The notes under the pieces are model-generated. The model made no database searches. It was not told the origin of the DNA and worked only from the letters and a program-made list of their open reading frames with translations. A DNA stretch of 64,000 nucleotides from Acidimicrobiales bacterium. Lineage in GTDB: Bacteria > Actinomycetota > Acidimicrobiia > Acidimicrobiales > Bog-793. The position numbers and the translations under genes were made by a program. The stretch spans positions 1,887 to 65,886 of the forward strand of contig DATKRV010000021.1 in NCBI GenBank assembly GCA_035532075.1, written 5' to 3'. Positions 46,332 through 55,079 of this stretch are shown here, piece after piece (the first letter of the stretch is position 1; the number at the start of each line of letters is the position of its first letter).

Positions 46332-47195
46332 GTGGCGCACGATATGGCTGACGTTGGCAATGTGCAAGGTTCGTCCAGCGTGGCAGGAAGTGGTCTCAGT
46401 GGTTCGGGCAGATCAGACGCGCTGGACTCCGCAATTTCATGCGAGTCAATATTTCGTGCTTTCGCGCCGACCCGCAAGGGAACAAAACCGCTTGTCGTAC
46501 TCTCCGATATAAACCTCACTGTTAAGCGAGGCGAATTCCTCGTGATTGTCGGTCCGAGCGGTTGCGGCAAAAGCACGTTGCTCAACATTATGGCGGGTAC
46601 TGACAAGGCAAGCCGGGGCAGTATCAAGATCGGAGAAGGTTTAGATCGACGGGCCTACGTGTTCCAGCGCGAGACGCTGTTGCCTTGGCGGACCGCGTTA
46701 AACAATGTCGAACTTGGTTTGCTCGCATCTGGCAAGACGAAAGGGCAACGTCGCGAAGAGGCCAGAAATTGGCTTGCTGCGGTTGGCCTTAAGGGATTTG
46801 AAGATAGTTATCCCGCGAAACTTTCAGGCGGTATGCGGAGGCGTGTCGTTCTTGCTACTGCCTTTGCGCATGGTCCTCAGGTGTTGTTCATGGATGAGCC
46901 ATTTGGAGCGGTAGACGCGCAGACACGTCTTCAACTCCAAATTCAATTGCTCGGACTATGGGAACAAGATCGTAAGACCGTCGTGTTTGTCACGCACGAT
47001 ATTGAAGAGGCTCTGCTTCTCGGAGATCGCATTGTCGTAATGAGTGGACGACCGGGTCGAATCGCGGATATCCATGAAGTTTCCTTGGCGAGGCCGCGAA
47101 GCATAGAGAACGTTCGGTTTGACGCAACACTCGCGGGGGTTGCTCGTGAGATTTGGCTGCAGTTGCGACAAGACGAAGAACAAAATGAAAAGTGA
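46332..47195 (+). CDS. ABC transporter ATP-binding protein (NitT/TauT family, SsuB/TauB-like)
   Basis: Walker A (GPSGCGKST), signature (LSGGMRRRV), Walker B (LFMDEPFGAVD) and H-loop (VTHD). The start could be ATG 46344. Confidence 0.9.
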   Translation: MAHDMADVGNVQGSSSVAGSGLSGSGRSDALDSAISCESIFRAFAPTRKGTKPLVVLSDINLTVKRGEFLVIVGPSGCGKSTLLNIMAGTDKASRGSIKIGEGLDRRAYVFQRETLLPWRTALNNVELGLLASGKTKGQRREEARNWLAAVGLKGFEDSYPAKLSGGMRRRVVLATAFAHGPQVLFMDEPFGAVDAQTRLQLQIQLLGLWEQDRKTVVFVTHDIEEALLLGDRIVVMSGRPGRIADIHEVSLARPRSIENVRFDATLAGVAREIWLQLRQDEEQNEK

Positions 47196-47322
47196 TGAGT
47201 CCCTTTCTCAATATGTCGAATTATTTAGACGCGCAGATAAACAGAGGTATCCAACCGTAATGGATTCTCTTCAAACTCGGGCGCAGTCTTGAATTCCGGA
47301 GAGTTGTCAGCAAAGGGTTGTT

Positions 47323-48159
47323 ATGTCGACTCGTGAATCTCACGTCGAGAGTGCCGACGAAGCGTGGTTGGAGCAGGTCGTCCTCAAAGCCAGGCGTTCC
47401 CGCGTTATTGATTCCTGGATAATCTGGATTGAACGCGCCGCGATCATCGGCACACTCATCGGCGGGTGGCAGCTCTTTGTCTCAGCGTTGAAGATTAATC
47501 CAGAGATTCTGAGCAGCCCAGGTGCCGTAGGCTCTACGTTGTATCACCTCTTGCAAAAGAGAGTCTTCTATTATGACCTGAGGGTCACATCTGAAGAGGT
47601 ACTTCTCGGTTTGTTGCTCGGAGTCATTTCGGGTTCGATAGTCGGAATTGTTTTCATTCTGCTTCCGCGGATCTCAGATGCTCTGCAGCCATTGTTAGTT
47701 GGCTTTAATTCGATGCCAAAGATCGCATTGGCGCCGCTTACCATTATTTGGTTTGGATTGGGAATTTCTTCGAAAATTCTCTTGGCGGCTCTTGGAGTGT
47801 TCTTCATAATATTTTTCAATATCGCAGCTGGCGGCGCGTCATTAGATAGAGCGGTGATGGATAATCTCGCCATCATGGGTCTATCACGACGCAAGATCGT
47901 TTTGATATTCATTCTGCCTTCGGTCGCGACCTGGATTATTGCTGCACTTAAAGTGGCTATATCAGCCGCGCTTATAGGTGCTGTCATTGGTGAATACATA
48001 GGTGCGGACGCGGGAATCGGATATGAAATAGAGAATGCTATTAACTCCCTTTCGATTGCGAGAATGTTTACCCTGCTGCTAGTTCTCGCAATCATGGGCG
48101 GTCTCGCTTACGCTCTCGTCGCGTTTATTGAACGAAGATTGTTGCGTTGGAGTAGGTAG
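47323..48159 (+). CDS. ABC transporter permease (NitT/TauT family, SsuC/TauC-like)
   Basis: 278 aa, about 6 TM, with a binding-protein-dependent transport inner-membrane profile. Confidence 0.85.
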   Translation: MSTRESHVESADEAWLEQVVLKARRSRVIDSWIIWIERAAIIGTLIGGWQLFVSALKINPEILSSPGAVGSTLYHLLQKRVFYYDLRVTSEEVLLGLLLGVISGSIVGIVFILLPRISDALQPLLVGFNSMPKIALAPLTIIWFGLGISSKILLAALGVFFIIFFNIAAGGASLDRAVMDNLAIMGLSRRKIVLIFILPSVATWIIAALKVAISAALIGAVIGEYIGADAGIGYEIENAINSLSIARMFTLLLVLAIMGGLAYALVAFIERRLLRWSR

Positions 48160-48182
48160 TTAATGCGTCAGAGGAGAGGCTT

Positions 48183-49064
48183 TTGTTTTTACGTATGAGA
48201 AAGTCAAATGAAGTCCGATCTGGCTCGGAAGGCGTACAGACACATCAAACTACAGAATCAGAAGAATCTTGGATTGCAGCTGTGGTCCAGGAAAATCGAA
48301 ACCAACGAAGAACAAACAGACGGATCATCTGGCTGGAGCGCATAGGGGCCGTCGTATTGTTCTTGACGGGTTGGCAGTTATTAAATTCGCTCGGAATCGT
48401 TCTTCCCATTCTTATCAGTAGTCCAAGACTTATCGGATCCGACATGGTTCAGCTTTTTCAGACCGGAAGTTTTTATACGGACGCGTTGACGACCTTGCTC
48501 GAGATGATTTCGGGATTAATTATCGGAACCATTATTGGAATCTCTGTTGGGCTGGGTATTGGTATGAAGAGACGACTCTCCCGTGCGGTGCAACCATTAG
48601 CGGTTGCCGCACATTCTATTCCTGCGGTCATTCTTGCCCCACTCGTTGCTGTTTGGTTTGGATTTGGTTTTCAGCCAAAGATAGGAATTGTTGCGCTTGC
48701 GGTCTTTTATCCAATTTTCTTTAATACGTTGACTGGCGCATCCAACATTGACGAGACGTTGGTGTCGAATTTGAAGATATTCGGACTTTCGCGTCGTTCA
48801 ATAGTCCGACACGTGTATCTGCCGTCGGCAGTTGTTTGGACCGTTGCGTCACTGAGGACGGCGGTTTCTTTCGCGCTTACAGGTGCCATCGTAGCGGAAT
48901 TTGTGGGGGCAAGACACGGTCTCGGAGTCGCTATGGTGGACGCGTCGCAGTTTCTCCACACGGCCCGTGTGTTTTCAATTTTACTCGTGCTAACAACATT
49001 TGGTGTGGTGTTCGGATTCTTGGTTCGTGCCTTAGAGAACTATATGTTTCGATGGCAAAGGTGA
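48183..49064 (+). CDS. ABC transporter permease, second paralogous subunit
   Basis: 293 aa and clearly paralogous to 47323..48159 (for example ...APL..VWFG.G...KI...AL.VF.PIFFN...G). It has a ~55-aa hydrophilic N-terminal extension. Confidence 0.85.
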   Translation: MFLRMRKSNEVRSGSEGVQTHQTTESEESWIAAVVQENRNQRRTNRRIIWLERIGAVVLFLTGWQLLNSLGIVLPILISSPRLIGSDMVQLFQTGSFYTDALTTLLEMISGLIIGTIIGISVGLGIGMKRRLSRAVQPLAVAAHSIPAVILAPLVAVWFGFGFQPKIGIVALAVFYPIFFNTLTGASNIDETLVSNLKIFGLSRRSIVRHVYLPSAVVWTVASLRTAVSFALTGAIVAEFVGARHGLGVAMVDASQFLHTARVFSILLVLTTFGVVFGFLVRALENYMFRWQR

Positions 49065-49164
49065 CACTGGCTTGGAAGTGAGCTGTCTGATTACGTTCGT
49101 GAGACCGGCGAGTCGACTTCTTAACGGCTTATATCGGGTTTAGGAAGAAAAGGAAAGAGGAGAC

Positions 49165-50196
49165 ATGACCAGCGTTCGTATTGGGATGGTAGGTGATATC
49201 TATTTCAAAGACGATGATTCTTGGTCGATTGTCGAACCTGCCTCGCGTGTGACAACCTCGTTTGAGATTATGTTGGGAAATCTTGAAATTCCCTTGTGCA
49301 ACACCGGGACGGCAGCTCCGAAGGCGAATGGACGCCTTCGTCAAGACCCAAAGCATGTTGACACGATTTCACGAGCAGGCTTTACCGGAGTGACCCTTGC
49401 AAATAATCACGCGATGAACTTTGGTGCTGAGGGCCTTTCCCAAATGATTCGCGTGTTGGATTCGGCAGGAATCGCGCATGCTGGCGGCGGAGACTCGATT
49501 ATCGAAGCTCACAGAGCGGCGCTTATACCGAGTAACCAGATGACGGTGGCTCTACTTAGCTACACGTCTGTTTACGCGCGCAACATTTTTGAATCTCGTG
49601 AAGATCGACCTGGGCTGGCAACGGTACGTGTAGATACCCTTTACGAAATTCAATCCCGTCATTTTGAAGTGCCCGGGATGCCACCGCTCATTCGCACTAT
49701 CGTTGCAGATGAAGATCTTCAAAGAGTCCGAGTTGACATTGATGAGGCCCGCAGTTTGGCGGACGTCGTCGTCGTTGGATGGCACTGGGGGTACGGGATC
49801 GGTAACACGGCCGTGCTCCCGTATCAGGTGGAGCTCGCGCATTTCGCGGTAGACAGCGGAGCCGATGTCGTGATGGGGCATCATCCCCATGTGTTGCAGC
49901 CAATCGAATTTTATAAGGGCAAGGTCATTTGTTACAGCCTTGGAAATTTCTCGCATGCACTTGAAGGAGGTAATTTTCCGCGTGAGACGGCAGTCATCGA
50001 AATTGAAGCCTCGATGGAACAGACAATTGAAGCCGTCAGAGTGTATCCACTCTGGTTTGAAGACGAAATCCGTCCATTGCCTCTAGGAGTTGGCGATGCG
50101 CGCGCAGTCGCGGTTCTTGAAAGGCTTGGGAATGGAGGTAATGTTCTTATGACTCCGGACGGTGATCTGAGCTTTAGAGTTGTTCCAGCTTCGTAA
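49165..50196 (+). CDS. CapA/PGA_cap family metallophosphatase-fold protein (orphan, no capB/capC)
   Basis: 343 aa with GDIYF...LGNLE, LANNHAMNFGAEG, GWHWG and VVMGHHPHVLQPIEFYKGKVICYSLGNF. Strong RBS (aggaaagaggagacATG). Confidence 0.85.
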   Translation: MTSVRIGMVGDIYFKDDDSWSIVEPASRVTTSFEIMLGNLEIPLCNTGTAAPKANGRLRQDPKHVDTISRAGFTGVTLANNHAMNFGAEGLSQMIRVLDSAGIAHAGGGDSIIEAHRAALIPSNQMTVALLSYTSVYARNIFESREDRPGLATVRVDTLYEIQSRHFEVPGMPPLIRTIVADEDLQRVRVDIDEARSLADVVVVGWHWGYGIGNTAVLPYQVELAHFAVDSGADVVMGHHPHVLQPIEFYKGKVICYSLGNFSHALEGGNFPRETAVIEIEASMEQTIEAVRVYPLWFEDEIRPLPLGVGDARAVAVLERLGNGGNVLMTPDGDLSFRVVPAS

Positions 50197-50451
50197 TCCT
50201 TCTTATCTAACGTGGGCATCGTCTTGTGCCTGCTAAGAACGCTTCTAATACCACTAATGCGACGATTAACGGAGATCAAGTGATGCCAATTGGTGCGAAC
50301 CGAGATGATATGAACGTGACGTAGTCGAAGAGTCGCGTAATTTTTCAGATCGAGTTGGCGAAGAAGCGATCTGTCTGAGCGCGTGTTGTTGAAGGAGCAC
50401 GAGCAGAGATTTCAAATCCGAAAAGTGTGACCAAGAATACAGAGGGTAGAA

Positions 50452-51189
50452 ATGAAAATCCTATTTATGTTGCCGGCGGCCAAGGGGATCTATGCCGATG
50501 AGGCGGAGAACAGGCGCATCAGCGTCATTCAATCGTATGCGACGCCGACGATTCAAATCGACATTGTGAATATGCCTGGTGTGTCGGGGTTTAGTCCATG
50601 GGGTCAGAAGCAACCCGATTCGTACAAGTCTGCCGGCATTATTCGAGCTCACGAACTTGGCGCTGAATGTGCCCTTCAGGCGGAAAGCGATGGATATGAC
50701 GCCTTCTGTCCATTTGGGCTCATCGATATCGGAGTTCAAGAGGCGCGCCGGCGAGGGGTAGGCATTCCGGTGATAGGAGCGGCTGAATCAAGTGCATTGA
50801 TATGCGGAATGCTCGGTCGTCGTTTCGCTCGGTGTTTTTATCTCAAGAGCGAAGAGATTGAAGACCAAGCAAGAGATCGCGTTATTCCCTGGGGACTTCA
50901 AGATCTCTTCGTTGGAACTACTGCGATAGGGATTCCTAACTCCGAGTACCCTCATCGGCGAAAAGAGGTGCTTTCGCGATTTGTCTCGTGTGCAAATGAG
51001 GCGCGTGAGATGGGCGCTGAAGTCATGGGGATGATTGGTATGTCAATCTGTCCGATTGAATTTTCATCCAAAGAGCTTTCGCAAGCTTGCGGAATGCCGG
51101 TCATCGATGGAATCGCTGCCCAAATGTCGATGGCTGAGTTTTGGAACGTATCTGGTTTGCCCGGTTCGTTGATGAAGATTCCAAGATAA
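50452..51189 (+). CDS. Asp/Glu/hydantoin racemase family protein
   Basis: 245 aa with two candidate catalytic Cys contexts (DAFCPFGLID and GMIGMSICPIE) spaced about 115 aa apart, as in hydantoin/allantoin racemases. Confidence 0.7.
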   Translation: MKILFMLPAAKGIYADEAENRRISVIQSYATPTIQIDIVNMPGVSGFSPWGQKQPDSYKSAGIIRAHELGAECALQAESDGYDAFCPFGLIDIGVQEARRRGVGIPVIGAAESSALICGMLGRRFARCFYLKSEEIEDQARDRVIPWGLQDLFVGTTAIGIPNSEYPHRRKEVLSRFVSCANEAREMGAEVMGMIGMSICPIEFSSKELSQACGMPVIDGIAAQMSMAEFWNVSGLPGSLMKIPR

Positions 51190-51577
51190 AAAACTCAGCG
51201 ATTTCCAGCATGGCGCGTCTGCATAATTGGATTGAGGTGGGTACCGGAATCAGATTTTTATCTGGCGTAAAGAAGTTGAGCTGTTCTTGCCTAATCGTGA
51301 ATCAAACGACTCTTGTCTAATCCAGCGATTCAAGTTGCGAACATCATTGACCTGATCGAGTCTTTGGTAGCTTGACATCTTGGGAATGAGATATGTAGCT
51401 TGGGGTTGCGAGTAGAGCTTGCAGAAATCAGCTTTTAAAAGCTTTAGTTTGAGGTAGCAAATGGGGAATGCATACTTCATACGCCTTGGATTTTTTCTGG
51501 GGCTATGTAGGGGGCGTGCGACGTGTTGTATGTGGAGTCGGTGCGTAGCAACTGTGAAATTGACAAGGAGACGGTGA

Positions 51578-52396
51578 ATGGATTTTCCGAAATATGAGAC
51601 GGTAAAAGTCGAGCGAGAGGGAAATGGCGTTACTTGGGTCATCTTGAATCGGCCAGAAAAGATGAATGCGATGAACCCCACACTGAACCAAGAGATGCTT
51701 AGCGTTCTCAATGTCATTGAGACCGATGAAGAGACTCGGGTCATGGTGCTAACCGGCGCTGGCCGGGCTTACTGTGCGGGTCAGGATATTAAAGAGACAT
51801 TTCGGGAGCGCGATGCTGACCGCGATGCGCATAAACTTCCAACGCTTGGGCAGGATTGGCGATTTGACAAGCTGTACTACCTTCCTAAGCCCACGATTGC
51901 GATGGTCAATGGCTGGACTTGTGGAGGGGCTTTTACTCATCTTTTTGCGTGTGATTTTGCAGTTGCCTCGGAAGATGCAAAACTTTGCCTCTCCGAGGTC
52001 AACTGGGGAATTATTGCTGGAGGCCTCGTCACCAAGGTGATTTCAGCCGAGCTCCGCTATCGTGACGCGCTTGAAGCCCTATTGCTCGCAGAGCCTTATT
52101 CGGGAACGCGCGCGGCTGAAATTGGCTTTGTCAACTACGCAGTTCCTGCCGCAGAATTGCGTTCGGCAACACTTGCATTGGCGGACAAGATCATGACGAA
52201 GAGCCTACCGGTCTACGTGGCCCAAAAACTTGCCTATCGTGCAGTGCTCGGCATGGATTGGGCTTCGGCAAAGACGTATCTTGCTAGCGAAGGTGAAAGG
52301 TTGCGTATTTCAGATCCAAGTAGAGCCTCTGGAATGCGAGAATTTCTTGACAACAAAAGCTACAAGCCCGGACTCGGAGCCTTTCCGAAGTCGTAG
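51578..52396 (+). CDS. Crotonase-family hydratase/lyase, closely resembling 4-hydroxycinnamoyl-CoA (feruloyl-CoA) hydratase/lyase (HCHL/Ech/FerB)
   Basis: 272 aa. Long colinear matches to the Pseudomonas HCHL sequence as I remember it: WVILNRPEK.NAM.PTLN.EM, VLTGAG....AG.D.KE.FRE, KPTIAMVNGW..GG.F, LSE.NWGI and GM..FLD.KS.KPGL.A at the C-terminus. Confidence 0.8.
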   Translation: MDFPKYETVKVEREGNGVTWVILNRPEKMNAMNPTLNQEMLSVLNVIETDEETRVMVLTGAGRAYCAGQDIKETFRERDADRDAHKLPTLGQDWRFDKLYYLPKPTIAMVNGWTCGGAFTHLFACDFAVASEDAKLCLSEVNWGIIAGGLVTKVISAELRYRDALEALLLAEPYSGTRAAEIGFVNYAVPAAELRSATLALADKIMTKSLPVYVAQKLAYRAVLGMDWASAKTYLASEGERLRISDPSRASGMREFLDNKSYKPGLGAFPKS

Positions 52397-52452
52397 CGAG
52401 TTCGTCACGGTGGAGGACCATTCGCCCCGTATTCACCCGCAGTCGTTGTGAT

Positions 52453-52488
52453 GCCAAGGGCAAGGTTCCTTGCGAGCTTGCCCTTGGC
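52453..52488 (+). terminator. Stem-loop (12-bp perfect stem, 12-nt loop) downstream of the hydratase/lyase gene
   Basis: GCCAAGGGCAAG-gttccttgcgag-CTTGCCCTTGGC, 57 nt after the stop at 52396. There is no U-tract. An alternative small hairpin is GCAAG-gttc-CTTGC. Confidence 0.35.
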
Positions 52489-52730
52489 GTTCAGTCACTT
52501 TGCTAGGCAGAGTTTGTGCTCCGTCTTGTTTGGGGATGCATTGATAAATCGGAATCTTGTGACATTCAACCGTGGCGATCATGAGAGAAATGCTCCCGTG
52601 AGAGTCGAATGGCAAATCCTCAGGAGGGTGACATCGAATACCACGGATGTGGTACCGCCTACTGCGGCTCTGTTGACAGAATAAATATTCAAAGAAGTAT
52701 CCGAATAGCTTGCAAACATAGGAGCCCCAG

Positions 52731-54872
52731 ATGCTAGCCGAGGCAATATTTTATCCAGAGAACATGGCAATAGTAGGTGCGAGTCCGCGGCCAGGGAACT
52801 GGAGCGGTCATGTCATGGAGAGCCTTCGTTTGGCGGGATATCCAGGTGCGATCTTTCCGGTAAACCCGAGATATGAAGAGGTATGGGGACTTCCAAGTTT
52901 TGCCTCTCTGACAGATATACCTATTCGACCCGATCAAGTGCTTGTGTTAGTGCCAGCGGAACACGTCTCGGGCGTGATAACTGAGGCAACCGGGCTTGGC
53001 TCCCGTTCGGCAATAATCTACACAAGCGGCTTCGGCGAGGATCAGTCTCCAGTAGCGCAAAGTCGTAACGAGGTGTTGCGGAGCATTGTCCGCGATTCAG
53101 GTATGGCGGTGTTGGGTCCGAACTGTCTCGGGTATGCCTCTTATCCGTCTCGCGCGTTTGCGCTTACAAATGGTGCGACGGATGCCGTGATCGAAAACGG
53201 ATCTGTAGCAGTAGTCGCGCAGAGCGGAGGTGTGGCCCTTTATTTACATAGCGCGATGCTGTTGCGAAATCTTGGAGCAAGATATATTGCGTCAAGTGGA
53301 AATGAAGTTGGACTTTGCTTGGAGGACTACCTGGAGTACTTCATTTCTGACGAATCAGTGAAGACGATTGGCGCGTTTATTGAAACGGTAAAGGACGTCG
53401 ACCGCTTTCTTGCATTGGCACAGCAGGCCGCGAAGCTTGGAAAGCCGATTGTCGCGGTGAAGATGGGTGGATCCGAGGGTTCGAGACGCGCTGCAGTTGC
53501 TCACACTGGAAGGCTCGCGGGTTCCGGTCGTGCATTTCATGATGTTGCGCAAGAGCACGGAGTCATCGTGGTGAAGAACAGCGATGAAATGGTCGATGTA
53601 TTTTCAATGCTCGCGTCGGGAGTCATCCCAACATCACGACGATGCGGAGGTATAACCGTGTCGGGAGGACTCAAAGGTATCTTGCTTGATTCTTCGGATC
53701 GAAATGGGCTTACTATGCCCGATCTGGCGCCCGAAACTTTGGCGAAGGCGTCTGCGCTGATGGGCGTTGGTACCGCGGTAGGGAATCCACTAGATACCGG
53801 ATTCACCGGGCTATCAGACAAGGAGGCACTCCATGCACTCATGGCGTTAGTAGCGAGTGATCCCAATGTTGACAATCTCATTGTGCAACAACGTCTACCG
53901 GAATCTGACGACGATGAAGACCTGATCGCAGCGCTGCGAGCGGCGTCTAAGGCTGCTGAGTTTTTGGACGGCGTAGCGGTGGTTACCGAAGGGTTCATGA
54001 CGAGCACTCCGAGTTCGGGTGCTTTCCGTAGACTCACGGAATTCAAGAACCTTTGTTTTGCCCACTCTGCTGAAAGGGCTATGGAAGCGCTTTCTCACGT
54101 GGTGAAGTATTCCGAAACTCTTTCGGAGACGAATGCTTCCGATGAGGCTTCAAATGTCTACGTAGAGACGAAGAAAGGGTCCTCGTTATCAAATACGCTA
54201 AATCCAGATCTTTTGATCGATGAGCTAGCAGTGAAACGAGTTCTCCAAAGTTACGGAATGCGTGTTCCGGAGATCAGGACGTGTGCCCTCAACGAGGATG
54301 GATCTGTTCCGACTCTGGATCCTGAACCTCGATTCCCAATTGTCATTAAGGCAGTTGCAAGTGGCGTAACTCATAAATCTGAGTTGGGTTTAGTGTCGAG
54401 TCTTGTATTGTCAGACGCTCAGTTTCGGTCTGAATATAAGCGAATTGTGGACAGCGTAAAGGCAACGATCATTGACCCAGCGAGCGTAACGATGACTTTA
54501 GAAGAGGGAGTACTCGGCGGCATCGAATGCGTGATTGGTTTTACTCGTGATCCAGAGCTTGGAGATCTCGTCATGTTTGGGTCAGGTGGTCTTGGAGTTG
54601 AGCTCTATGACGATGTCGCATTTGCGTTGGCGAGTTCAACTCCGGCTGAACTTGACAGAATGATTAAGCGCACGCAAGTGGGTAAGTTGCTCGCAGGAGG
54701 GCGTGGTCGAAAATACGATATAAGTTCCGTCGTAGATGCCCTTGTTGCAATCCAGAATTTTGCTGCCGACGCGGGACGGGGCATAGCGTCTGTCGAACTC
54801 AACCCGATTATTGTTCGATCCGAAGGCCAAGGAGTTTACGTGCTCGACGCGGCGGTGGTTCTTGCCGATTAA
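52731..54872 (+). CDS. ADP-forming (NDP-forming) acyl-CoA synthetase, fused alpha/beta domains (FerA/PauA-like)
   Basis: 713 aa with an N-terminal CoA-binding domain (MAIVGASPRPGNW), a succinyl-CoA-synthetase-like ligase domain (GPNCLG) and a C-terminal ATP-grasp domain (FPIVIKAVASGVTHKSELG). Confidence 0.88.
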   Translation: MLAEAIFYPENMAIVGASPRPGNWSGHVMESLRLAGYPGAIFPVNPRYEEVWGLPSFASLTDIPIRPDQVLVLVPAEHVSGVITEATGLGSRSAIIYTSGFGEDQSPVAQSRNEVLRSIVRDSGMAVLGPNCLGYASYPSRAFALTNGATDAVIENGSVAVVAQSGGVALYLHSAMLLRNLGARYIASSGNEVGLCLEDYLEYFISDESVKTIGAFIETVKDVDRFLALAQQAAKLGKPIVAVKMGGSEGSRRAAVAHTGRLAGSGRAFHDVAQEHGVIVVKNSDEMVDVFSMLASGVIPTSRRCGGITVSGGLKGILLDSSDRNGLTMPDLAPETLAKASALMGVGTAVGNPLDTGFTGLSDKEALHALMALVASDPNVDNLIVQQRLPESDDDEDLIAALRAASKAAEFLDGVAVVTEGFMTSTPSSGAFRRLTEFKNLCFAHSAERAMEALSHVVKYSETLSETNASDEASNVYVETKKGSSLSNTLNPDLLIDELAVKRVLQSYGMRVPEIRTCALNEDGSVPTLDPEPRFPIVIKAVASGVTHKSELGLVSSLVLSDAQFRSEYKRIVDSVKATIIDPASVTMTLEEGVLGGIECVIGFTRDPELGDLVMFGSGGLGVELYDDVAFALASSTPAELDRMIKRTQVGKLLAGGRGRKYDISSVVDALVAIQNFAADAGRGIASVELNPIIVRSEGQGVYVLDAAVVLAD

Positions 54873-55079
54873 TTCATTTAATTGGCTGAACAAAATGATT
54901 GAGCCCGCATTCTTTGAGGGGAGGTTCTCGGTACGGTGAATAACCAGATCAGATGTTCGAGATCTGGCAGGGGGATTTTTCCTCACTTGGAGAACCAACG
55001 AACCTGAGGAACAAGCTGTACCGACGGTGAGCGCCGCGCCGCCAAGGCAGTGGAGTTGCTCGGAATTAGGGGGATATCG

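Noticed and set aside
49165-50196. CapA interpreted as evidence for poly-gamma-glutamate capsule synthesis
   Set aside because: No CapB (amide ligase) or CapC partner is present anywhere in the window. The context is an importer plus a racemase, so only the family assignment is kept.
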